From: an uncultured bacterium | GTDB taxonomy: Bacteria; Auribacterota; Erginobacteria; Erginobacterales; Erginobacteraceae | Direction of reading: 5' to 3' | Length of the DNA stretch: 64,000 nt | NCBI GenBank assembly: GCA_963822585.1 | Contig: CAWGIE010000007.1 | Span: 160,001-224,000 of the forward strand | In this document: piece by piece, positions 41,163-49,303 of the stretch | Numbering within the stretch: position 1 is the stretch's first letter | Layout: every line of letters begins with the position of its first letter | Made by a program: the position numbers and the translations under genes | The notes under the pieces: model-generated | What the model was told of the DNA's origin: nothing | The model's database searches: none | What the model saw: the letters and a program-made list of their open reading frames with translations, nothing else

Positions 41163-42187
41163 TGAATAAAAATCGGATGATCTGTGCAGGCGTCATCACC
41201 CTGCTCTTCACTGCCGGAGCTGTTTTCGGCCAGCTGTCGGAGGGCGCCAAGGACACCCTCTTTATCGGGTCGATGAAGATACAGCCCTCGGTCGAGCAGC
41301 TGGCGGCGCGGGAGGGGACGGCCCTCGAGCTGCAAAGAGCGGCCCAGTCCCTGGAGACCCAGTTTATCAACGCCGTCAGCGCCACCCGTGTCTTCCAGCT
41401 GGTTGACCGCAAAAGGATCGCCGATCTTCAGCTGGAGCAGTCCTTTGCCGCCGTTTCGGTGAACCCCAATGACAAGAACGCCGCCCGTGCCCTGCAGATG
41501 TCCGGCGCCCGGTACGCCTTCCTACCCGAGATCGACGGGTTCCAGGTCCGGACCGATACCGATCAATACGCGGTCGGGCGCGAGTCCGTGACCCGGAGGT
41601 ACTATCTCTCCGCCCTGGTCCAGATCGTCGACACCACCACCGGCGAGCTGCTCCCCGATGTCCCCAGCGTCGAGCTGAACGAGATCGAGACGACGGAGAT
41701 GGCTGCGATCGGCCAGGCCCAGGCGTCCGACCAGGTGATCGTGACCCTTTCCAAAAAGATGGCCAACCGCCTGAGCCAGGAGGTGATCGCGCTCCTGCGG
41801 CCCGCCAAGATCCTGACCGTGACCGGAACGCAGGTCATGATCAATCGCGGGGCGGAAGCGGGGTTTGTTCCCGGCGTTCCCGTGGAGATCTATGCCTACC
41901 AGAACGTAGTCGACCCGGATAGCGGGGAGACCTTCCGAAACGAGGTCCCGGTCGGAAAAGCCATGATCCAGCGGGGCGATAATCAAAAGAGCTTTGCCGA
42001 GCTCGTCGGAGAGGACCTGGGGGTCGTTCCGGGCTGTATCGTGAAGGCCGTCAGAGGCGCGTCCAAACCCCAGGTGATCGAACCGGCCACCTGGTCCGGT
42101 GGCAAGGAGGACGTGGGCACCGAGACCGCGCCCCGGCAGGTCAGTCCCGAAACCCCCGGATCGAGCGAGAAACCCATGGCCTGGTGA
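41162..42187 (+). CDS. Exported CsgG/HfaB-like protein with FlgT-C-like domain
   Basis: FQLVDRKRIADLQLEQ; C-terminal AKIL.V....V.INRG...VDPDSGE. Confidence 0.65.
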   Translation: MNKNRMICAGVITLLFTAGAVFGQLSEGAKDTLFIGSMKIQPSVEQLAAREGTALELQRAAQSLETQFINAVSATRVFQLVDRKRIADLQLEQSFAAVSVNPNDKNAARALQMSGARYAFLPEIDGFQVRTDTDQYAVGRESVTRRYYLSALVQIVDTTTGELLPDVPSVELNEIETTEMAAIGQAQASDQVIVTLSKKMANRLSQEVIALLRPAKILTVTGTQVMINRGAEAGFVPGVPVEIYAYQNVVDPDSGETFRNEVPVGKAMIQRGDNQKSFAELVGEDLGVVPGCIVKAVRGASKPQVIEPATWSGGKEDVGTETAPRQVSPETPGSSEKPMAW

Positions 42188-42279
42188 TAACCCGATATTC
42201 AACGGATCGGTCGGATCGGTCGGATCGGTCGGATCGATCTGATTGGAAAACTGAAATCAGTTGCCAATAAGGAGGTACT

Positions 42280-42723
42280 ATGATGAAAAAGACAAAAACC
42301 ATGCTGACTGGAGGCATCGCGCTCATCCTGTTTCCAGCGATAATCGCGCTCACCGGCTGCTCCTCCACCTCGGTCAATGAAAGCACCTATGCCGTGACCC
42401 AGGACGCGGAGGGAAACTACCAGGTCAGCGAAAATTTTTTCGTCAACAATCCGAAGCTGGCCCGCGGGCTGCGCATTACCGAGCAGAACTCAAAGTTCGT
42501 GGGCGATCTGCTGACGGTGCAGGTCTCGCTGGCTTCTCTGTATGACGACACCCAGAATTACAAGTACAAGTTTTCCTGGTACGACGCAAACGGGTTCGAG
42601 ATTGATGCGGGGTCAAACGCCTGGCTTCCGCTGATAATGTACGGCTCCCAGACCAAGACGATCCAGGGCGTCGCCCCTAACCCATCCGCCCGGCAATTCA
42701 AGCTGATGCTGAGAACCGATTAA
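42280..42723 (+). CDS. YcfL/DUF1425 lipoprotein
   Basis: Lipobox LTGC; YKFSWYD..G.E, W.PL, I.GVAPNP.A..F. Confidence 0.85.
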   Translation: MMKKTKTMLTGGIALILFPAIIALTGCSSTSVNESTYAVTQDAEGNYQVSENFFVNNPKLARGLRITEQNSKFVGDLLTVQVSLASLYDDTQNYKYKFSWYDANGFEIDAGSNAWLPLIMYGSQTKTIQGVAPNPSARQFKLMLRTD

Positions 42724-42772
42724 TCGCATGGTATTTTTTTCTCACTCGGATACCCAACAAAGGAGGCTGTAT

Positions 42773-43393
42773 ATGCAGATAGTGAAAAATAACGTTTTCG
42801 CGATCATCGGACTCGGCGCTCTTCTCGCGCTGGCGGTCGGGTGCAGCACCACCTATCAGTACGGCGACGCGGGCGACGTCCCGGTCTACGACACCGACTT
42901 CGGGGCGACCGATCTCCAGCAGGTCGCCGACCAGATGACGGGCTCTCTCCTCACCTTCCCCCCGATCGTCCAGGTCACCAACGAACGGCGGCCGGTGCTG
43001 GTAGTGGAGAAAGTCAAGAACAAGACCACCCAGCATATCGATACCGAATCGATCACCGATTCGATCCGGACCAAGCTGATCCGTTCGGGAAAGTTCCGCT
43101 TCCTGGACAAGAGCACCGACGGGCAGACCATCGAGGAGATCCGAAGACAGCAGGAAGAGGGACTGACCAAGCAGAGCGCCGCCGCCCAGTTCGGGACCCA
43201 GGAAGCGGCCGAGTACATCCTCACCGCCAACCTCTCCGAGATCAGCCAGAAGAAGGAGGAGTTCTGGAACAAAAAGACGGCCGTCTATTATAAGTTCACC
43301 ATGAACCTGAAAAATCTGAAGACCGGAATCCTGGAATGGTCTGACGAGAAAGAGATCAGCAAACTGAAGGTTAATCCGCGATTCGGATACTGA
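42773..43393 (+). CDS. lpoB: Penicillin-binding-protein activator LpoB-family lipoprotein
   Basis: AGGAGG before ATG 42773; lipobox AVGC; TDLQ..A..M..SL, V.NKT..HIDTESITDSI...L..SGKFRF, LKTG..EW. Confidence 0.85.
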   Translation: MQIVKNNVFAIIGLGALLALAVGCSTTYQYGDAGDVPVYDTDFGATDLQQVADQMTGSLLTFPPIVQVTNERRPVLVVEKVKNKTTQHIDTESITDSIRTKLIRSGKFRFLDKSTDGQTIEEIRRQQEEGLTKQSAAAQFGTQEAAEYILTANLSEISQKKEEFWNKKTAVYYKFTMNLKNLKTGILEWSDEKEISKLKVNPRFGY

Positions 43394-43420
43394 ACAGAAC
43401 ATAACGCCTTTGGCGCAACC

Positions 43421-43477
43421 TCGTAGCGGCGACCTTTAGGTCGCCACAATCTGGCAGCCTGAAGGCTGCCGCTACGA
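43421..43477. repeat. GTAG-type REP inverted doublet
   Basis: TCGTAGCGGCGACCTTTAGGTCGCC ... GGCAGCCTGAAGGCTGCCGCTACGA. Confidence 0.75.
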
Positions 43478-43516
43478 CATTTTTTAATTCCGACAACCGC
43501 AGGTGCAATCCAAGCT

Positions 43517-44182
43517 ATGAAAACAAAATTGATTTGTTTTTTGGGCGCGGCCGCCATGGCGGGGCTGTTCACGGCGACGGCGGGAATGAGCCAGGACATA
43601 CCGGGGTTCTCCCTGGGCGGTTTCTTCGAATACCGCGTCGAGAACGAGGTCAGCGGCGACGATATCTCCTTCACGTACTATGGGGCACGAATCAAGTTCC
43701 GGGATGAACGGTGGATCGAAGCCTTCATCGACGGCGGCGGGGAGAGACTCTCTTACGATCCGGTACAGGACAAAACCGCCGGCTGTTTCGGCCTGGGGGC
43801 GACGTTCTGGCTCATGCGCGGGGATCCCGGCTACGGCCCGATCGACCTCGGGCTCTTCGGCAGCGCCCACTTCTCCGACTACTCCAACGTTAAGATTAAA
43901 GACACCGACGATTCGACCGATATCAAGCATTTCCGGTACCTGGGCCAGCTGGTCATCCGGGGCTACATCAATCAGAGCTTCCGGGCCTTCGCGAAGGGAG
44001 GCATCCAGTATACCAGGCTCGATCCCAGCGATAACCTCTATGACGACAACGACCTGACCGCGACCAAGGCGGCCGTCAACGCCGGGGTCGAGATCCAGCT
44101 GGTGGATAACCTGATCGGGACTCTCGAACTGAACTACTCGGAAAGCGTCGGCGGGGCGATCCATCTTGACTACTGGTTTTAA
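43517..44182 (+). CDS. Outer-membrane beta-barrel protein
   Basis: Signal peptide; alternating beta-strand pattern; terminal LDYWF. Confidence 0.7.
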   Translation: MKTKLICFLGAAAMAGLFTATAGMSQDIPGFSLGGFFEYRVENEVSGDDISFTYYGARIKFRDERWIEAFIDGGGERLSYDPVQDKTAGCFGLGATFWLMRGDPGYGPIDLGLFGSAHFSDYSNVKIKDTDDSTDIKHFRYLGQLVIRGYINQSFRAFAKGGIQYTRLDPSDNLYDDNDLTATKAAVNAGVEIQLVDNLIGTLELNYSESVGGAIHLDYWF

Positions 44183-44211
44183 TTTATTCCCTCCGGGAAT
44201 AAATTAAGTGA

Positions 44212-44254
44212 GGTGATACCGGAGCGCCCCGCGCTCCGGTATCACCGTTTTATT
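44212..44254 (+). terminator. Probable intrinsic terminator
   Basis: 16-bp perfect stem GGTGATACCGGAGCGC-CCC-GCGCTCCGGTATCACC followed by GTTTTATT. Confidence 0.6.
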
Positions 44255-44310
44255 ACCACGTGTATCGGTGCCCACAGTTGCCTGAATACACCAGTTCGAT
44301 TAGCGATTAA

Positions 44311-44501
44311 CGGAGTGGAGCGAATATCCCAAGGCAACCTGGTGGTTTCGGAGCGCTTTTCGGGACCGATAACCGATTATCGGAGCGCAGCGGAGATCTC
44401 GAGGTTCTGACGAAGTTAGAACTTTTCGGGACCGATAACCGATTATCGGAGTGAAACGAAGATCCCGAGGCACCCCGACACAATCGGGGTGCTTTTCGGG
44501 A
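44311..44501. repeat. Three-unit repeat with variable inserts
   Basis: CGGAGYG.A.CG.A.ATC.C.AGG-[17-21 nt]-CTTTTCGGGA at 44311, 44381 and 44447. Confidence 0.8.
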
Positions 44502-44535
44502 CTGATCACTGTTTACTGATCCCCGGTCACTGACG

Positions 44536-46008
44536 ATGGGAAGAAACATCCGAAAAACAATACTTGTTCTCGCCGCCGGCGCACTCATCACTACCCTGGC
44601 CGGCTGCGCCAGCTACCCCCAGAGAATGGCGGTGATGAAGCAGGATTTCGTTCGCGGGGATTACGAAGGATCACTGGCCGCCATCGATCCCGATGATTGC
44701 GCGGACGGCCGTGAACGGCTTCTCTGCCTTCTGGAACGGGCAACCATTAAACAGAACATGGGAGACTTCGAAGGCAGCAACCAGGATTTCGAAACCGCCT
44801 ATGAGGTAATCACGGACTATGAAAGCCGCCCGTCCGTCAGCATCCGGGACGCCGGGTCGGAGACCGCCGCCGTACTTGTTAACGATACCGCGCTTCCTTA
44901 CAAGGGAAACGGGTTCGAAAAGATGCTGGTCCACATTTACAAGGCCCTGAATTACCTGATGCTGGGAGATCTGGAGGGAGCCGGGGTAGAAATCCGCCGG
45001 CTGGACGAACGGAGGAAGATCGAGCTCAAGAAGCGGGAGGACGAGATTGAAGAAGCCGCCCAGGCCGCCCGTGATCAGGAGGTCGCGGAGGACCAGCTTT
45101 CCGACATCAGCGGCCAGCTTTTGAAGGCATACGGCCCGGACCGGAACAAGGCCGAGACGGTGAACAACCTCTATCTTTCCGCCTTCGGCTCTTACCTCTC
45201 CAGTCTCCACTATGACATCCAGGGCAGCTACTCCGAAGCCCTGATCGACTGCCAGAGAGTCCTGGAGCAGGTTTCTTCCTTCGACTACGCGCGGATCGAC
45301 GCCGTCTCCCTGGGCGCGAACGACATCCGGGCGCCCGGGGCGGCCCTTGACCTGACCGCCAGCGGCGATCTCCTTCTTTTCTTCCAGTGCGGACTGGCCC
45401 CGGTCAAGGAGGAGGTATTCATACCGATCCCGACCAGCCGGGGCTGGCTGGCGGTCGCCTTCCCGGTTTTCCGCGCCATCCCCACCAGGCTGGAGCAGGC
45501 GGTTGTCTACATCGACGGAGCGGAAGCCGGGCGGACGGAGATTCTCAGCAACATCGAGGCCAAGGAGATCAGAACCCTGATCGATCAGATCCCGGTGCTG
45601 ATCATCCGTCAGATCATCCGGGCGGCGGTCAAGGGGGTGGCCCTCGAGGCCGCCAGCAAAGAGGCCGGAGGCTGGGGCGAATTCGCCCTCAGTCTCTACA
45701 ACCTTTTCTCCGAGCAGGCCGACCTGCGCAGCTGGCTCCTTCTCCCGAAGAACATTCAGGCCCTCCGCCTTTATCCTCCCACGGGAAAACACAATGTCCG
45801 GATCGACTTGGTTGGCGGCGGTGGCGCCGTCCTGGGCAATGTCATCCTGGACCTCGATTTCGCCAACGACCGCACCGTTCTGGTCAACCTCCGCGCGATC
45901 GGCTTCACGCCCTCCCTCCCCGATGGGTTAACCGTCACCCAGCAATGGCGGGAGATCCCCCGCGCCCCGCTGCGGTCGCGCCCCGTTCCCATTCTGCGCG
46001 GAAAGTAA
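44536..46008 (+). CDS. COG3014-family lipoprotein
   Basis: Lipobox LAGC; LERA, ND...PY.G..FEK...H.YKALNYL, G.APVK.E, E.ADLRSW.LLP. Confidence 0.8.
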   Translation: MGRNIRKTILVLAAGALITTLAGCASYPQRMAVMKQDFVRGDYEGSLAAIDPDDCADGRERLLCLLERATIKQNMGDFEGSNQDFETAYEVITDYESRPSVSIRDAGSETAAVLVNDTALPYKGNGFEKMLVHIYKALNYLMLGDLEGAGVEIRRLDERRKIELKKREDEIEEAAQAARDQEVAEDQLSDISGQLLKAYGPDRNKAETVNNLYLSAFGSYLSSLHYDIQGSYSEALIDCQRVLEQVSSFDYARIDAVSLGANDIRAPGAALDLTASGDLLLFFQCGLAPVKEEVFIPIPTSRGWLAVAFPVFRAIPTRLEQAVVYIDGAEAGRTEILSNIEAKEIRTLIDQIPVLIIRQIIRAAVKGVALEAASKEAGGWGEFALSLYNLFSEQADLRSWLLLPKNIQALRLYPPTGKHNVRIDLVGGGGAVLGNVILDLDFANDRTVLVNLRAIGFTPSLPDGLTVTQQWREIPRAPLRSRPVPILRGK

Positions 46009-46325
46009 GTACCGGTAATCATTGATGTTCTCAAAACAGGTGACGGTAATCAGTGATCAGTAATCGGTAATCCGGGCGCGCCGACCGGAATGCACAGATT
46101 CGTGCGGATTAGCGAGATTCGCGGTTTTCTCAAAGGGGGCGAGGCGGGGACAAAAACAGAAACATCGAACGTGGAACATCCAACGTCGAACTTCGAACAG
46201 ATGGGACCGGGGCGGGGGAAATTTTCCCTATTCAATCACATTCAATCGTCTGTTTATTTAAAGGGGGCGAGGCGGGGGAAACATTAGTTTTCTTGGTGTT
46301 TCTTAGTGTCTTAGTGTCTTGGTGG

Positions 46326-48053
46326 TTATAAAGGGGCCGAGGGAGGGGCGTCTGTTCTTTTTCCCCGGCGGGCGATGGTGATGCAGATGAAGAGGCCCCC
46401 GAAGAGGACGGCCGCCGCCAGGCCGCAGAACAGGGAAGTGGCCAGCGGCGCGGTCGCGGGGAGGAGCAGCCAGGTGGCCAGGGAGACCGCCGCGCCGAAG
46501 GCGATGAGCCCCAGGATCTTCCAGAGCCGGGCCAGGCTGAAGGCGATGATGAAGAGCACGGCGAAACTGACCGGGGCGGCCCAGAGATAGCGGTCGAAAT
46601 CGGTTCCGCTTGCCCCGTAAAGGTTGTCCCTGGTCAGCTCGGCAATAAAATTGGAGAAGACCAGGTAGCCCAGGACCAGGGGTGTAATGATCCGGATGCA
46701 GAGTTCCCACCATCCCCAGAGCTTGATCTCCGACACCCGGTTGATGTAGTCGCGCAGCACATCCGTCTTGAAGAAGTAGCCGACGATCACACATTGAAGA
46801 AGCCCCACGATTACCAGCCCGTAATCGTTTGCCCAGTGGTCGAAAATGTCGAGCCAGTGAATCCCGGCCCGGGAAGCGAAGAAACCGGTCCCCACGATAA
46901 ATGAGAAGAGACAGACCGCTCCGGTCAGGGATTTTTGCCCCATCCAGGAGAACCGGTCCCGCAGACCGGTCGTGATCCCCTCGATCAGGGAGAAGAGGGA
47001 GTCGATCCCCAGGAAAAGAAGCATCACGAAGAAAAGGATGCCGATCAGCGGGGGCCAGAGCCAGCCGAACTGGCCCATCTGGGAGACGGCGGTGGGGTAG
47101 GTGACAAAGACCAGCCCCGGCCCGGCGTCGATCACGTTGCTCACCGCCACCCCGCCTTTCTGATAGGCGAGGAAACCGAGGACGCTGAAAACGACGAAAC
47201 CCGCGAAGAAGCTGGTCGCGCAGTTGGCGAAACAGGTGATGAAGGCGTTGTTGGTGATGTCGCTGTCCCGGGGCATGTAGCTGGCGTAGGCGATCATCAC
47301 CCCGAAACCGAGCGTGAGGGAGAAGAAAATCTGGCCGTAGGCCGCCAGCCAGGTGGCGGGATCTTTCAGCGCCGCGAAGTTGGGGGTCAGATAATAGATG
47401 ATCCCATCGGAGGCGCCGGGAAGGGTCAGGCCCCGAACCGCCAGGATCGCCAGTACCGCCACCGGAAGGGGAACGGTCAGCATCACCACCTTGCCGACCC
47501 GCCGGACGCCCCGGCAGAGAATGAGGTAAACGGCCGCCCAGGTCACCGCCAGGCCGCCCACCACCGGCCAGACCAGCTGCCACATTTCGGATACGCTGGA
47601 GCTGTGGTGGCGGATGACCTTGGAAAAGAACGCCGCTTCGTATGTTCCTGAAAATCCCGATGGGGGGATCGACCAGGGCATCCGTCCGCCGGCGAAGAGG
47701 CCCTTCACGGAGTAGATCAGGTACTCCACGGAATAAGCCATGATCACGGCGTAGTAAACGGAGATGACCAGGCCGACCAGAAGGGCAAACCATCCCACCC
47801 ACTCGGTATGCTTGTTGATCCGGGAGAGAGACTTCGGCGCCGAACCCTGCATCATCTGTCCGATGCCGTATTCCAGGATCATCAGGGGAACGCCGGCGGT
47901 CAGGAGGGCCACAAAGTAGGGGATAAAGAAGGCGCCGCCGCCGTATTTATAACAGGTGACCGGAAACCGCCAGACGTTTCCCAGCCCAACCGCGCTCCCG
48001 ATCGCCGCCATCACGAAGGCGGACCGGCTGTTCCAGCGTTCTCTTTCCGCCAT
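46326..48053 (-). CDS. Sodium-dependent transporter, NSS/SNF family
   Basis: AAIGSAVGLGNVWRFP, GGGAFFIPY, AAYGQIFFSL.LGFG.MIAYASY, GPGL.FV.YP. Confidence 0.95.
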   Translation of the reverse strand: MAERERWNSRSAFVMAAIGSAVGLGNVWRFPVTCYKYGGGAFFIPYFVALLTAGVPLMILEYGIGQMMQGSAPKSLSRINKHTEWVGWFALLVGLVISVYYAVIMAYSVEYLIYSVKGLFAGGRMPWSIPPSGFSGTYEAAFFSKVIRHHSSSVSEMWQLVWPVVGGLAVTWAAVYLILCRGVRRVGKVVMLTVPLPVAVLAILAVRGLTLPGASDGIIYYLTPNFAALKDPATWLAAYGQIFFSLTLGFGVMIAYASYMPRDSDITNNAFITCFANCATSFFAGFVVFSVLGFLAYQKGGVAVSNVIDAGPGLVFVTYPTAVSQMGQFGWLWPPLIGILFFVMLLFLGIDSLFSLIEGITTGLRDRFSWMGQKSLTGAVCLFSFIVGTGFFASRAGIHWLDIFDHWANDYGLVIVGLLQCVIVGYFFKTDVLRDYINRVSEIKLWGWWELCIRIITPLVLGYLVFSNFIAELTRDNLYGASGTDFDRYLWAAPVSFAVLFIIAFSLARLWKILGLIAFGAAVSLATWLLLPATAPLATSLFCGLAAAVLFGGLFICITIARRGKRTDAPPSAPL

Positions 48054-48059
48054 CTCCCG

Positions 48060-49073
48060 CTATTCCTTGCTGCTCACCTTGACTTTGCCGAAGGGCGTGA
48101 TGATGATGTCCTGCAGCTTGCTCCCTTTTCTGACGCTGCTGTTCGGCCAGATGACAACCTCCTGGAGATGGCACCTTTCGCCGATCGTGGAGCCGGCGCC
48201 GGCCAGGAGACCGGAGCCGAGAACGCTCCCTTCCCCGATCCGGCAGCCGTCGCCCAGGTAGACCGGAGGTTTAAAGCTGACCCGGGGACCGAGCTGGCAT
48301 CCCTTGCCGACATGGAGACCGCGGCGGGTGAATTCTTCCCGCCACCGGTAAAAGTAAGCCGGCAGCCGGCCGCGCAGAAAATCCAGGTTGGTTCCCCAGT
48401 ACCCCGGGAAGGTGCTGATCTCCCGCCAGTAGCCGGTGGTGATAAATCCGCTTATCCGTTGGTCTTTCTTCCGGGAGCCGATGATCTTCTCATACCCGTC
48501 CTTGATCAGGCAGGAAGGGCCGGCGGCGGGGAGATATTCCAGAAATGCCGGGGAGAGAACCTGGGCGCCGATGAAGGAATATCCCGGGGTAGCCCGTTTC
48601 TTGCCCCCGATCGCGTCCACGTTCGAATCCTGGTCAAGATAGATCGGGGTGTAATCGGAATGAGTCCCCAGCGGCTTGAGGGCCATGGTCGCCACCGCGT
48701 CGGACGCCTGATGGTAGAGAATCAGTTTCCCGATGTTGATCTCGAGGAGGTTGTCGCCGTTGATCACCAGGACGTCCTCGTTCCCCCAGAAGGAGGCGGC
48801 CTTCCGGACTCCCCCGCCCGTTCCCAGAAGCTCTTCCTCAGTGGAATAGGAGAGGTGGACTGAGAATCGGCTCCCGTCACCCAGCGTCTCCCGGATCTGG
48901 TCCCCGAGATGGTGGACGTTGAGGACGATCTCCTTGACGCCGTACTGCTTGAGGAGTTCAAAGAGATAGGTGACGATTGGCCGGTCTCCGACCGGAAAGA
49001 GCGGTTTCGGACAATCATCGGTCAGGGGAGCCAACCGCGTCCCCTTCCCCGCCGTCAGTATCATCGCTTTCAA
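48060..49073 (-). CDS. Sugar-1-phosphate nucleotidyltransferase with C-terminal hexapeptide repeats
   Basis: TTG start at 49073 (GGAG upstream); KAMILTAGKGTRLAPLT...PKPL, LGTGGG, INGD. Confidence 0.88.
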   Translation of the reverse strand: MKAMILTAGKGTRLAPLTDDCPKPLFPVGDRPIVTYLFELLKQYGVKEIVLNVHHLGDQIRETLGDGSRFSVHLSYSTEEELLGTGGGVRKAASFWGNEDVLVINGDNLLEINIGKLILYHQASDAVATMALKPLGTHSDYTPIYLDQDSNVDAIGGKKRATPGYSFIGAQVLSPAFLEYLPAAGPSCLIKDGYEKIIGSRKKDQRISGFITTGYWREISTFPGYWGTNLDFLRGRLPAYFYRWREEFTRRGLHVGKGCQLGPRVSFKPPVYLGDGCRIGEGSVLGSGLLAGAGSTIGERCHLQEVVIWPNSSVRKGSKLQDIIITPFGKVKVSSKE

Positions 49074-49203
49074 AATTTTTACTCCGTAAAAATTTTGGAT
49101 TAGAAGCTTAACAGCCGGAACGCAATAATATCGCTTTAGTATCAGGTGGCCGCCCGGATAAATCGGGGCGCCCGAAGAAGACCGGAGTCTCACCTGCCGG
49201 ATT

Positions 49204-49297
49204 AACTGATACCAGCTTCCCCCCTCGTAGTGCAGAACTTTAGTTCTGCCAACTGATAGCAGCCTCCCCGTTCGTAATGCAGAACATTAGTTCTGCC
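49204..49297. repeat. 47-bp tandem duplication containing GTAG-type REP palindromes
   Basis: AACTGATA.CAGC.TCCCC..TCGTA.TGCAGAAC.TTAGTTCTGCC twice (49204 and 49251). Confidence 0.85.
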
Positions 49298-49303
49298 AAT
49301 ATT

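Noticed and set aside
44311..44501. CRISPR mini-array
   Set aside because: Inserts are only 17-21 nt and partly self-complementary, the arms are degenerate, and no leader or cas gene is seen.
46303..47802. Long alternative-frame and antisense ORFs (e.g. 46303-47802, 8493-9701, 44671-45792, 16313-17329, 132-1121)
   Set aside because: Shadow ORFs of high-GC genes; they overlap clearly recognisable CDS and show no motifs.
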